A DNA stretch of 49,601 nucleotides, counting the filler, from Brevibacterium luteolum (GTDB lineage Bacteria > Actinomycetota > Actinomycetes > Actinomycetales > Brevibacteriaceae): the NCBI RefSeq assembly GCF_013004595.1. It is 7 parts of 7 records of this genome, joined end to end, with 100 filler letters (N's around TTAATTAATTAA, not from the genome) between each part and the next. Parts side by side here need not be neighbours in the genome. Positions count along the whole stretch, not along the records: positions 25,440 to 34,666 come from NZ_JABEMC010000016.1; positions 34,767 to 40,000 come from NZ_JABEMC010000017.1; 5 more parts are not named here. One strand, 5' to 3'. The notes beneath the pieces were generated by a model. It had not been told where the DNA came from. It searched no databases and saw only the letters and a program-made list of their open reading frames with translations. How positions within the stretch are numbered: position 1 is the stretch's first letter; each line of letters opens with the position of its first letter. This document shows, piece after piece, positions 28,713 through 38,429 of the stretch. A program made the position numbers and the translations under genes.

Positions 28713-30890
28713 ATGTTCTCCCTGCCCTGGTTAGAACTCTCACGATTCAAACGCCACACGATCACGCGCTTGGCGATGATCGTCATCATCGTCATCCCGT
28801 CGATCTACGGTGGGCTCTACCTGGCCTCGAATTGGGACCCGGCCGGGCACCTCGACAAGCTGCAGGCAGCGATCGTCAACGAGGATACCGGCGCCGAGAA
28901 GCCCGAGTCGGACGGAGAGAAGCTCGACGCCGGTCAGGAACTCGTTGACGAGCTCACGCCGAAGGGCGAAGGCGGATTCGACTGGCAGGAGACCAGCCAG
29001 AAAGAAGCCGACGAGGGGCTGGCTAAAGGGAAGTACTTCGCGGTCCTCGAGATCCCCTCGGACTTCTCCGAGATGCTCGTGTCGACCGGCGGTGACCATC
29101 CGGAGCAGGCAGGGCTGCGGCTGCGCACCGACGACGCCCACAACTTCATCGTCGGGCAGATGGCCGGGACCATCCTCTCCGAGATCAAGGACGGACTGAG
29201 TAAGACGACGACCGCCGAGTACGTCAACCAGGTGTATCTCGGATTCAACGATATCCACTCCGAGACGGAGAAGGCTGCAGACGGTGCGGCCGAACTGCAC
29301 GACGGAGCAGACCAACTCCACGACGGTACCAGCGAACTCGTCGGTGGGACGACGAAGCTCGACAAGGGCATCGGAACCCTGCAGACCGGGCTCAACGACC
29401 TCGATAAGGGCGCAGGTGAACTGAAGAAAGGCAGCGGCGACCTTGCCGACGGTGCCGACACCCTGGCGAAATCCACCACAGAGGCGAAGAACGGTTCGAA
29501 GAAACTCGCCGACGGCGCAGGACAGGTCGCCGACGGCACCTCGGAGCTGCGTGATACCGCCGACGAGGCCACGAGGAAGGCCGAGGACGTCAAACGAAAG
29601 GCCGATGACGTCGTCGATGGGGCCCGCCCCGAGCTCGAGCGCGCCGAAGGGGACTTCGACGATGCTCGAACCACCGTGCGAGGGGATATGGACGACCGGA
29701 TCAAGCAGCTGCAGGAGGACTATCCGGACGACCCGAACGTCAAGAAACTCGCCGAGGAGGCCGACGGCCTCGGCGAGGACCTCGATTCCGCGCACCAGCG
29801 CGCCTCCGATGCCAAGGATAAGGCCAAGAACCTCGAGGACAAGCTGACCGACGCGGTCGACGGGGTGATGGACGAGATCCGCACGGCGGATAAGAAGATC
29901 GGTCAGCTCGACGACGGAGCGCAGGAGGTCGCGACCGGTGCCGACGACCTCCACTCCGGGCTGATCAAGCTCGACACAGGTGCGGGAAAGCTCGCCAAAG
30001 GTGTCGGGGACCTCCATGACGGTGCCGTCCAGCTCAAGGACGGCACGGCGAAGGCCAAGGACGGAGCCGGTGATCTCAAGGACGGTTCGGAACAGCTCGT
30101 TGACGGGTCGACCGAACTCGACAAGGGCGCGGGCAAACTCGTTGACGGCTCCGGCGAACTCGCCGATGGTCTGCAGAAGGGACTTGAGCAGATCCCGACC
30201 TATGACAAGAAGGACCGGGAGAACCGTTCGAATGTCGTGGCTGTTCCCGTCGATGCAGACAAAGTCAAGGACAACGCGGTCGACGCCTATGGCGAGGGAC
30301 TGTCCGCGTTCTTCGTCTCCTTGGCCCTGTGGATCGGCGGAATGATCACCTATATGGTCATCAACGCCATTCCATATCGGGCGCTGTTCTCATCGGCGAC
30401 TTCGTCGCGCATCGCCTGGGCCGGCTACGTTCCCGGGCTGCTCTTCGGTATCGCTCAAGTCGCAGTTCTCTATGCGATCCTCGCATTCACCTTGGACTTC
30501 TCGGCCGGAGCGTGGCTGTGGACGGTGCTGTTCTCGATGCTCGCGGCGGCGTGTTTCCACTCCGTGCACCAGTTGTGTGTCGCGGCCTTGGGCGGTGTCG
30601 GCAGACTGATCGCCCTGGTCCTGCTGATGCTGCAGATCGCTTCGGCAGGCGGAACCTATCCGGTGGAGACGGCACCGAAGATCTTCCAGATCATCTCGCC
30701 GTTCCTGCCGATGACGCACGCGGTCAAGGGCCTGCGGACCCTGGTCGCCGGCGGCGACATGTTCATCGCCGTGCAGGCGGCAGTGGTGCTGCTGCTGATG
30801 ACTGCAATCCCCCTGGTCGCCACAACCGTGGTCTGCAGTCGCAAGCGTATGGTCACTCTCACTCAGCTCCACCCGAGCCTGCAGCTGTAG
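28713..30890 (+). CDS. YhgE/Pip-family membrane protein
   Basis: N-terminal TM plus WDP/AIVNED, long LxxG heptad region, C-terminal TMs with GGTYPVE and LPMT. Confidence 0.92.
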   Translation: MFSLPWLELSRFKRHTITRLAMIVIIVIPSIYGGLYLASNWDPAGHLDKLQAAIVNEDTGAEKPESDGEKLDAGQELVDELTPKGEGGFDWQETSQKEADEGLAKGKYFAVLEIPSDFSEMLVSTGGDHPEQAGLRLRTDDAHNFIVGQMAGTILSEIKDGLSKTTTAEYVNQVYLGFNDIHSETEKAADGAAELHDGADQLHDGTSELVGGTTKLDKGIGTLQTGLNDLDKGAGELKKGSGDLADGADTLAKSTTEAKNGSKKLADGAGQVADGTSELRDTADEATRKAEDVKRKADDVVDGARPELERAEGDFDDARTTVRGDMDDRIKQLQEDYPDDPNVKKLAEEADGLGEDLDSAHQRASDAKDKAKNLEDKLTDAVDGVMDEIRTADKKIGQLDDGAQEVATGADDLHSGLIKLDTGAGKLAKGVGDLHDGAVQLKDGTAKAKDGAGDLKDGSEQLVDGSTELDKGAGKLVDGSGELADGLQKGLEQIPTYDKKDRENRSNVVAVPVDADKVKDNAVDAYGEGLSAFFVSLALWIGGMITYMVINAIPYRALFSSATSSRIAWAGYVPGLLFGIAQVAVLYAILAFTLDFSAGAWLWTVLFSMLAAACFHSVHQLCVAALGGVGRLIALVLLMLQIASAGGTYPVETAPKIFQIISPFLPMTHAVKGLRTLVAGGDMFIAVQAAVVLLLMTAIPLVATTVVCSRKRMVTLTQLHPSLQL

Positions 30891-30969
30891 GCCGGGCCGG
30901 GTGCGGGGTCGTGCCTTGGGGTTCGGGCTGCAGAGTTGTCGCGGGACTGAACCGTCCTGGGTTTCATTC

Positions 30970-31887
30970 CTAGACGGCAGTTAAAGTATCGACTTGTCTT
31001 GCCACGGTTTCAAAATGCTTAGCTTCGACCTCGGCCGGGGTCCGATGTCCGAGTCCTTCATGCAGCCGGCCGGTGTTCCACCAGTGCACCCAGTTCATCG
31101 TCGCGAACTCCACCTCGGTCAGCCCAGCCCACGCCGGCTGCGAGTAGATCAGCTCAGTCTTGTACAGCCCGTTGACCGTCTCAGCCAGTGCATTGTCATA
31201 GCTGTCTCCTACACTCCCCACAGACGGCCGGATACCCGCGTCAGCGAGTCGCTCGGTGTAGGCCACGGCAACATACTGCGAGCCTCTGTCAGAGTGGTGG
31301 ACTAGCTGCTCAGCACCACCGCGGGCAGTGTTCAGCGCATGCTCCAAAGCCTCCAGCGACAGCGCCTCAGTCGTCATCGACGACCGCGTCGCCCACCCGA
31401 CGATGCGGCGGCTATACGCGTCGATGACGAATGCGGTGTAGACGAATCCGCACGAGGTCCGCACGTAGGTGATGTCAGCGACCCACAGACGGTTCGGCGC
31501 CGGCGCTTTGAAGTCCCGCATCACCAAATCCGGACGCTGATCCGGCACACGGGCCGGCACCGTCGTACGCGGCTTCCGACCGCGCACGACCCCTGTCACG
31601 CCGGCCACGCGCATGAGCCTCGCTGTCTGGTCCCGGCCGATATCCCACCCGGCTCGGCGCATCGCGTGCCACATCTTCCGCACCCCGTAGACGCCGTAGT
31701 TCGCAGCATGGAGCCGCTTGACCTCCTCGACGAGAAGACCATCGCGAATGGCGCGAGCTGCGGGCTTCCGGGATTTCGCTGCCCGGTAGCCACGGGAGGT
31801 GATGAACCCACACGCCGTCGCGCCCAGGACGCGACAGATGAACTCGACCCCGAAACGACCCCGGAACGTGTCGATGAACCGGATCAT
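30970..31887 (-). CDS. IS3 OrfB transposase
   Basis: WVADITY, HHSDRGSQY, DNALAE. Confidence 0.93.
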   Translation of the reverse strand: MIRFIDTFRGRFGVEFICRVLGATACGFITSRGYRAAKSRKPAARAIRDGLLVEEVKRLHAANYGVYGVRKMWHAMRRAGWDIGRDQTARLMRVAGVTGVVRGRKPRTTVPARVPDQRPDLVMRDFKAPAPNRLWVADITYVRTSCGFVYTAFVIDAYSRRIVGWATRSSMTTEALSLEALEHALNTARGGAEQLVHHSDRGSQYVAVAYTERLADAGIRPSVGSVGDSYDNALAETVNGLYKTELIYSQPAWAGLTEVEFATMNWVHWWNTGRLHEGLGHRTPAEVEAKHFETVARQVDTLTAV

Positions 31888-32201
31888 TTCGTCGTGGGAC
31901 GGTCGAGCTCCGCGGCGAAAAACGCTGACGCGGTCTTGAGGATCTCGTTCGCGCGTTTGAGCTCCTTGACCTCGCGGCGCAACCGCTTGAGTTCCTCGAG
32001 GTCCGCGCTCGTAGGACCTTCTTCGACACCGGCGTCACGGCGGGCCTGCTTCGACCATCCCCGCAAAGTATGCGGCGAGACGCCCAGCTTCTCCCCGACG
32101 GCAGTCGCCGCTGTCCATTCCGAGGTCTCCTCAATGCGGCGATGGTCCTGCATCACCCGCAGCGCCCGCTCCTTGAACTGCGGGGTATACGACTTGGCCA
32201 T
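31884..32201 (-). CDS. IS3 OrfA
   Basis: MAKSYTPQFK...ANEILKTASAFF; GAGGAGG RBS. Confidence 0.9.
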   Translation of the reverse strand: MAKSYTPQFKERALRVMQDHRRIEETSEWTAATAVGEKLGVSPHTLRGWSKQARRDAGVEEGPTSADLEELKRLRREVKELKRANEILKTASAFFAAELDRPTTK

Positions 32202-32252
32202 GTTCCAATCCTCCTCGATCACGTAGATCGGAACGAAACCCAGGACGGTTCA

Positions 32253-32336
32253 ACCCGGAACGATGACGCGAGACATCACCCCCAAAACAAAAAGAAATCT
32301 CGGGACATCGAGTGAACGATGTCCCGAGACTTCACA
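32253..32336 (+). mobile_element. Right end of an IS481-like transposon with repeated binding motifs
   Basis: Ends GTGAACGATGTCCCGAGACTTCACA; 13-bp perfect IR at 32298-32329; related motif near 32259-32276. Confidence 0.7.
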
Positions 32337-32352
32337 CTTGTGGAGCTAAGGG
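32337..32352 (-). other. 16-bp inter-element spacer matching a tRNA-Ala 3' end
   Basis: Minus strand CCCT-TAGCTCC-A-C: T-stem end, Ala acceptor 3' strand with U70, discriminator A. Confidence 0.65.
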
Positions 32353-32765
32353 TGTCCGGTCTCACGACATAGTTGACACTCTGCGGCCTGGTTGAACGCG
32401 AGTGATAGTTGACAGGTGTCTCGGGACATCCTTGACACTTCGCCGGAGGTGATAGTTGACAGGTGTCTCGGGACATCGTTGACAGTCTCGGCATGGTCAG
32501 AGCATGCGCAATCATAAGAATCTGGTCATTGTCCGATCTGTTATCGATCACGGGGTGAGCGTTGCGGCAGCGGCGAAGAAGTTCGGTGTCTCCCGGCAGT
32601 GGATCTATCAGCTCATTGCCCGCTATCAAGCATTCGGGCCTAGCGGCGTGCAGCCGCGCAGTACCGCCCCGCACAGCCGGCCGATCACCACCTGTGAAGC
32701 AGTCCGGGAACGGATCATCAACCTGCGTGATGAGCTGATGGCTACAGGCAGCGAAAACGGTGCAG
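32353..32765 (+). mobile_element. Left end and transposase N-terminus (ATG 32504) of an IS481-like element, interrupted by IS3-A
   Basis: Starts TGTCCGGTCTCACGACATAGTTGAC; 36-bp direct repeats at 32402-32437 and 32449-32484; HTH AAKKFGVSRQWIY...RSTAPH. Confidence 0.85.
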
Positions 32766-33523
32766 GGGACTGCTGAAGGTTTGGTTGACTTCACGACTGG
32801 ATAAATTCCAGGAAGGTGAGAGGTCATGCCCAAGATCTACACCGATGAGTTCAAGCAGTCAGCGCTCGATCTCGTAGGCGACGGAATGTCCCAGAGGCAG
32901 GTGTGCGCTGATCTCGGGATCTCGAAATCAGCCCTGCAAGCCTGGGTGCGTGACTCACGGCTACGCGACCACGGACTCGAGCCCGCGACCGAGCCCGACG
33001 AGTCACGCGCTCAAGCGGCAGCGCTGAAGCGCATCAGGGAACTTGAACGAGAGAACAAAATTCTCCGCGAGGCTGCAGCGTATCTCTCGCAAGCGAATCT
33101 GAAACTTGGTGGCAACCACCCAAAATGATGTACCCGCTGGTCCGCGACCTTGCTTCCACCGGAGTACCGGTGGCGGTGACCTGTCGGGTGCTCGGCTTTA
33201 CGAAGCAGGGGTTCTACAAGTGGTGTGCAAATCCGGTCTCGACTCGGGACTGGGACGAAGCGCACGTGATCAATGCCGCCTACGACGTGCACATGGACGA
33301 CCCGGAATTCGGGCACCGGTTCATCGCAGATGAACTCCAGGCGTCCGGGCACGAGGCGTCAGAACGTCGTGTGTGGCGATTATGCTCGCAGCAGGAACTG
33401 TTCTCCCACACGATCAAACGAGCCCGGAAACACGGTAAGAAGCCTGGCCCGCCGGTGTGTGATGACCTCGTCGAACGCGACTTCTCATCCTCGGCAATAA
33501 ACGAGTTGTGGTTGACCGACATC
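32766..33523 (+). mobile_element. IS3-A isoform, 5' part (host of the group II intron)
   Basis: GGGACTGCTG end, orfA, and orfB 33125-33523 up to LWLTDI. Confidence 0.9.
32826..33128 (+). CDS. IS3 OrfA
   Basis: MPKIYTDEFK...ENKILREAAAY. Confidence 0.9.
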   Translation: MPKIYTDEFKQSALDLVGDGMSQRQVCADLGISKSALQAWVRDSRLRDHGLEPATEPDESRAQAAALKRIRELERENKILREAAAYLSQANLKLGGNHPK

Positions 33524-34539
33524 GAGCGCCACGAGGCGCTTCTGGACCTTGCGGTGGTGAAAGGACACCGCTTCGCGTCTGTCGCAGCAGGCGTGTGATA
33601 GCTGGAGGACGATCTGCCGTGTTGGCGTGAATGCGGCGGGTGGAGCAGTCCTCGACAACGACGAGTCGTATCAGTACTGCCAGATGGTGCGGGCTCGGCT
33701 AGCGAGACGGAGAGGCATACGGATAGGAACCAGTGGCTGAAAGCCCCTCAATTGAAGACCACCGACTCCAACCTGGTGGATGTGGGTCGGGTTGCATCGC
33801 GCACCCTCGCCGCTTCGGTGGTGGGGAGAACTCCTGGGCTGGGTGATGTCGCCGGTCGGGAGGCCACGGTGAATGACTGCGGCGTAGTCGTGGCGAGGAT
33901 GCTGGGGCATAACTGGGTGCCGATCCCGTCGAAAGGTTCGGAAGTGAACGTGGGAACCATCCCGGTTCCGCCGGGGCACCGTCGCAGCCAGCGACGATTT
34001 CCTCGGCTGAGTGCACGGTCTGCTGATCGGGCCGGGGTGGGGCGGAGGGCCTGTAGTAGTCCGAGGCCGGGAAAGCCGGTCACATGGCGAAGGGGTCCAG
34101 TGTGATCGCAGTGACAGAAGCAGAAAAGGAGGCACAGCCGTGAATGCGGATGTTCCGTGGCCTGCCGACACATCGGAGGCGTGGGCGCGGGTACTGACTA
34201 TGCAGACGAAACTGCACCGATGGGCGACGGGCGATCCTGCTCGTCGTTTCGATGATGTGTTCAATCTGGTCTATGACCCCGCGTTCCTCGCCGCGGCGTG
34301 GAATCGGGTGGCGGGAAACAAGGGAGGCCGCACTGCTGGAGTCGATGGGATCGCGCCGCGATCCGTCACCCCGGACCGAGTGTCGGGGATGCTCGCCGAT
34401 CTGCGCGAGAGCGTCAAGAACGGCGAGTTCGTCCCGGAACGGGTGCGTCAGAAGTCGATCCCGAAGGGCAACGGCAAGGTCCGTAGCTTGGGGATTCCGA
34501 CGATGACGGACCGGATCGTTCAGGCCTCCCTGAAACTGG
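33524..34539 (+). ncRNA. Group II intron, 5' part (domains I-IV start)
   Basis: Starts GAGCG where transposase homology stops; EBS1 GATGTC (33845-33850) is complementary to IBS1 GACATC (33518-33523). Confidence 0.88.
34140..34539 (+). pseudogene. ltrA: Group II intron RT/maturase, N-terminal part
   Basis: AAAGGAGG plus GTG; RT0 NKGGRTAGVDG, IPKGNGKVRSLGIPT, DRIVQ. Confidence 0.9.
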
Positions 34540-34666
34540 GGGACTGCTGAAGGTTTGGTTGACTCCGGGGTTTACGCCGCCAGAGCGACGGCCTTGTGAT
34601 GAACAAGCTCGTATTCAACCGGGGTCAGTTTACCCAAACGCCGTTGCCGACGCTTGCGGTGATAGG
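34540..34666 (-). mobile_element. IS3-A right end
   Basis: Same 25-bp IR; minus strand encodes YHRKRRQRRLGKLTPVEYE. Confidence 0.9.
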
Positions 34667-34766
34667 NNNNNNNNNNNNNNNNNNNNNNNNNNNNNNNNNN
34701 NNNNNNNNNNTTAATTAATTAANNNNNNNNNNNNNNNNNNNNNNNNNNNNNNNNNNNNNNNNNNNN

Positions 34767-34941
34767 AGACTGCGTCCTTCACTTCGGTTTCGGCAGCCTG
34801 GGCTGGCAGCGCCGAGAGCACTCCCGCACTGCCGATGGCCACGGCGATGCCAGCGGCAAGCCCCGCGCGCCATCCGCGGCGCCGGCCGGCGCTCGCTGTT
34901 GACTTCATGATGCTCCTTCGATCAGGTGTGGCTTCACTCAT
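34767..34941 (-). CDS. Secreted protein N-terminus (possibly HtaA-type), cut by the contig end
   Basis: Signal peptide ending AQA; divergent from the hmu operon. Confidence 0.5.
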
Positions 34942-34973
34942 GGATTAGGTCACAAGAGTTTGACGTAACTCCA

Positions 34974-34992
34974 TCAGCTGAGGCTATCCTTA
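34974..34992. promoter_or_regulatory. Putative DtxR/IdeR box
   Basis: TCAGCTGAGGCTATCCTTA matches TTAGGTTAGSCTAACCTAA at 14/19 positions; lies between divergent genes. Confidence 0.65.
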
Positions 34993-35047
34993 TTCAGGAA
35001 ACCCTAAACGTCAACTCCGAAGACTCTGATGGTGCCGCCGACCGGGA

Positions 35048-36334
35048 ATGGGTTCCCGGTCTGAGCAGTCACCGCAGCCGACCCACCAAGCGAGGCCCAG
35101 CATGAGATTCACCCGCCGCACCCGTCGGCGCACCGCAGCTGGTGCGCTTGTGCTCACTGCTGCGCTGCTGCTGTGGAGCAACGGGATCCACAACGTCGGC
35201 ACCCTGAATTCCGCCGCAGCTGCCGGCTGCCAGTCCCGGCCGGCGGCACCGACCCCGCAGCTTCCGGAGATCCCGGACGTTCCGGAGTCCAAGCGTCTGC
35301 CCGTCGACCGGATCCTCGGACCCACCACCGCCCACACCCGCGCGTCTGAGATCCGCCCGATCACCGACTTCGCCGCCGAACAGCAGCAGCTGCCGGTCAC
35401 CGTCGCGTCCAGCGATGGCACCGAGCAGACCGTGACCGACACCTCGCGGATCCTCGCCCTCAACCAGAACGGCGGCCTCGCCTCTGCAGTCATCGGGCTG
35501 GGGCTGGGCTGCAACCTCGTCGGCCGCGACGTCGCCACTCAGGTCTCAGCGCTCATGCCCGGCCGCGCTGAGCTGCCCCTGGTGACCCAGAACGGGCATG
35601 AGCTCAACGCCGAGGCGATCCTCAATCTCGCCCCCACCGTGGTGCTCACGGATACGAGCATCGGGCCATACGACGTGCAGATGCAGCTGCGTGCGGCCGG
35701 CATCCCGGTCGTCTTCATCCCCTCGACCAGCGAAGACGGTGTCGAAGGGGTCGCACCGCAGATCGCCGCGGTCGCTGAGGCCCTGGGTCTCGGTGAGCTC
35801 GGCACCCAGCTCGCCCAGCGCGTCGATGAGGAGATCCGCGCCACGCAGCAGAGGATCAGCGCTCTGGCCCCCGCCGATCCTGCTGACCGGCCCCGCACCG
35901 TGTTCCTCTATCTGCGCGGCAGCATCTACTACTGGTTCGGCGAAGGCTCCGGAGCCGATTCGCTCATCGAGTCGATCGGCGCCCGCGACGTCGCCAGCGA
36001 AGTCGGGTTCGCCGGAATGTCCCCGACGAACGCCGAGGCACTGGTCAAAGCGGCCCCGGACGTCATCATCGTCATGACGAAGGGCCTGGCAAGCGTCGGC
36101 GGGCTGCAGGAGGCCATCAGGCTGCCCGGCATCGCACAGACACCCGCCGGCAAGAACCGCCGCATCGTCGACATGAGCGACTACGAAGTCATGAGCTTCG
36201 GTCCGCGCACCGCAGAGGTCATCGCCGCGCTCGGCATTGCCGTGCACGCCCCGGACTACGCCTATCAGCCACGCGAATCCGATCCACCGGCCGCGGCCAC
36301 CGCCGCCGCACCGGCAGAAGGAGCCCACCAGTGA
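35048..36334 (+). CDS. hmuT: Heme ABC transporter substrate-binding protein
   Basis: VTQNGHELNAEAIL (His ligand), YYWFG (Tyr), GIAQTPAG; start uncertain. Confidence 0.88.
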   Translation: MGSRSEQSPQPTHQARPSMRFTRRTRRRTAAGALVLTAALLLWSNGIHNVGTLNSAAAAGCQSRPAAPTPQLPEIPDVPESKRLPVDRILGPTTAHTRASEIRPITDFAAEQQQLPVTVASSDGTEQTVTDTSRILALNQNGGLASAVIGLGLGCNLVGRDVATQVSALMPGRAELPLVTQNGHELNAEAILNLAPTVVLTDTSIGPYDVQMQLRAAGIPVVFIPSTSEDGVEGVAPQIAAVAEALGLGELGTQLAQRVDEEIRATQQRISALAPADPADRPRTVFLYLRGSIYYWFGEGSGADSLIESIGARDVASEVGFAGMSPTNAEALVKAAPDVIIVMTKGLASVGGLQEAIRLPGIAQTPAGKNRRIVDMSDYEVMSFGPRTAEVIAALGIAVHAPDYAYQPRESDPPAAATAAAPAEGAHQ

Positions 36335-37581
36335 CGACCACCAGACCCACCGACGCCGAGGCGCCGGGCGCCTCGGTCTTCGCCGGTTCACCGCTCGAGG
36401 AGGGCCCTCCGGTCACCCGCCGCGATGCGCGTCGTGCACATCGCGGCCTCACCGGCACCGGTGAGCCGGGTGCACCGACGGGATCGGGCACACCTGACTC
36501 ACCGGGCGGTGCGCGCAGCGCTCATGCGCGTGTGAGGGGCGGGGCGAGTGCCGGCCGCGCGACCGGAGTGTTCACCATCCTCGTCATCCTGCTCGCCGGC
36601 GGCGCGCTGCTGTCGGGCATGATCGGCCAGCTCTACATTCCGCCGGCAGAGGTGCTCGGCGCCGTGCTGCGTGCTGTCGGCCTCGACTGGCTGCCAGGCC
36701 CCAGCCACGAGTTCGGGGCCGAGGCGCTGTGGGAGGTCCGCTTCCCGCGCATCGTCCTCACGCTGTTCGTCGGTGCCTCCCTCGCTGTGGCCGGTGCTGT
36801 CATGCAGGGCATCTTCGGCAATCCGCTGGCCGAACCGGGCACGATCGGCGTGTCCGCCGGGGCGGCGGTCGGGGCGGCGTTCGCGATTCTCAACGGTCTG
36901 AGCTTCGTCGGCGGATTCACCGTGCCGCTGCTGGCCTTCCTCGCCGGCCTCGTCACCACGATCCTCGTCTACGTCCTCTCCCGATCCAACGGCCGCACCG
37001 AAGTCGTCACCCTCATCCTCACCGGCGTGGCCGTCAATGCCGTCGCCGGGGCGCTCATCGCCTTCATCGTGTTCAAAGCACCCACCCAGGCGCGTGAGCA
37101 GATCGTGTTCTGGCAGATGGGCAGCTTCAACGGCAGCCGCTGGGAGCAGGTCGCGCTCGTCGTGCCGCTGGCTCTCATCGGCATCGTCTTCACCCTCTTC
37201 CTCGCCCGCGGTCTCGATCTGCTCGCGCTTGGGGAGAAGGCCGCCCGCCACCTCGGCGTCGATGTCGAAGCGCTGCGGCTGAGCGCAATGGCGCTCGTCG
37301 CGCTGCTCGTGAGCGCAGCAGTCGCCTTCGTCGGCATCATCGCCTTCGTCGGGCTCGTGGTGCCGCATCTCATGCGCATCATCCTCGGGCCCGGCCACCG
37401 GCTGCTGCTGCCTGCCAGTGTGCTCGGCGGTGCGGTCCTCATGACCTTCGCCGATCTGGCCGCCCGCACCCTCATCGAGTTCGCCGATCTGCCGATCGGG
37501 ATGCTGACCGCGCTCATCGGCGGCCCGTACTTCTTCTATCTGCTCCGGCGCAGCCGGCGCGCGGCAGGAGGATGGGCATGA
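36331..37581 (+). CDS. hmuU: Heme ABC permease (FecCD family)
   Basis: RFPR, NPLAEP, FVGLVVPH, LPIG. Confidence 0.9.
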   Translation: MTTTRPTDAEAPGASVFAGSPLEEGPPVTRRDARRAHRGLTGTGEPGAPTGSGTPDSPGGARSAHARVRGGASAGRATGVFTILVILLAGGALLSGMIGQLYIPPAEVLGAVLRAVGLDWLPGPSHEFGAEALWEVRFPRIVLTLFVGASLAVAGAVMQGIFGNPLAEPGTIGVSAGAAVGAAFAILNGLSFVGGFTVPLLAFLAGLVTTILVYVLSRSNGRTEVVTLILTGVAVNAVAGALIAFIVFKAPTQAREQIVFWQMGSFNGSRWEQVALVVPLALIGIVFTLFLARGLDLLALGEKAARHLGVDVEALRLSAMALVALLVSAAVAFVGIIAFVGLVVPHLMRIILGPGHRLLLPASVLGGAVLMTFADLAARTLIEFADLPIGMLTALIGGPYFFYLLRRSRRAAGGWA

Positions 37582-38429
37582 TGCGCTCCCTCCGCTCCCC
37601 GCTGCGCACCCACCTGCCGGCCGAACCGGTGCCCGGCGCCGAGGTGCTGCGCGTGTCCGATGTCAGTGTGTCCTTCGATGAGCAGCGCCGTGTCCTCGAC
37701 GGCATCGACCTGAGTGTGCGTGCCGGTGAGGTGCTCGCCCTCGTCGGCCCGAACGGGGCGGGGAAGTCCACGCTGCTCGGTGTCATCACCGGTGATGTCG
37801 AAGCCGCCGCCGGCAGTGTGCACATCGACGGCCAGCCCGCCCAGGCGTGGAACGCCACGGAGCTGGCGATGCGCCGCGCCGTGCTGCTGCAGCATGTCGA
37901 GGTCGCCTTCCCGTTCTCCGTGCTCGAGGTCGTCGACATGGGCCGGGCGCCGTGGCAGCGCACAGGGGCCAGCCGCGACGATGAGCGGATCGTCTCCGCT
38001 GTTCTCAACCGGACCGAGACGACCCAGTTCGCCGCCCGGACCTTCACCTCGCTGTCCGGCGGTGAGCGCTCCCGCGTCGCTCTGGCCCGCGTGCTCGCGC
38101 AGGCTGCCCCCGTGCTGCTGCTCGACGAGCCGACCGCGGCGATGGATATCCGCCATCAGGAGCTCGTGCTCTCCACTGCCCGCCAGTACGCGGCAACCGG
38201 TTCGGCCGTTGTCGTAGTGCTCCACAGCCTCGATCTCGCCGGTGCCTATGCAGACCGCATCGCGCTGCTGCACAACGGGCGCATCACCGCTGACGGTCTG
38301 CCCGAGCAGGTGCTCACCGCGGAGCGGATCTCCGCGGCCTACGAGCACCCTGTCACCGTCGTCACCGATCCGGTCTCCGGCACGCCGCTCGTGGTGCCGG
38401 TGCGCCCGGCCCGAAAGGAACAGCCATGA
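37578..38429 (+). CDS. hmuV: Heme ABC ATPase
   Basis: GPNGAGKST, LSGGERSRVALARVLAQ, LDEPT. Confidence 0.9.
   Translation: MMRSLRSPLRTHLPAEPVPGAEVLRVSDVSVSFDEQRRVLDGIDLSVRAGEVLALVGPNGAGKSTLLGVITGDVEAAAGSVHIDGQPAQAWNATELAMRRAVLLQHVEVAFPFSVLEVVDMGRAPWQRTGASRDDERIVSAVLNRTETTQFAARTFTSLSGGERSRVALARVLAQAAPVLLLDEPTAAMDIRHQELVLSTARQYAATGSAVVVVLHSLDLAGAYADRIALLHNGRITADGLPEQVLTAERISAAYEHPVTVVTDPVSGTPLVVPVRPARKEQP

Larger units (their letters stand above)
30948..32252 (-). mobile_element. Complete IS3-family element IS3-C (1305 bp)
   Basis: IRs TGAACCGTCCTGGGTTTC(A/G)TTCC at both ends; no clear 3-4 bp duplication. Confidence 0.95.

Noticed and set aside
29270..30180. Repetitive GACGG-rich DNA in the Pip gene
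   Set aside because: Reflects the normal LxxG heptad protein repeats of this family.
32402..32484. Two 36-bp direct repeats resembling a mini CRISPR array
   Set aside because: Only 11 bp apart, no cas genes, and the motif matches the transposon end sequences.
33524..33598. C-terminal tail of ORF 33125-33598 and N-terminus of ORF 45430-45816
   Set aside because: Read-through into intron RNA domains, not protein.
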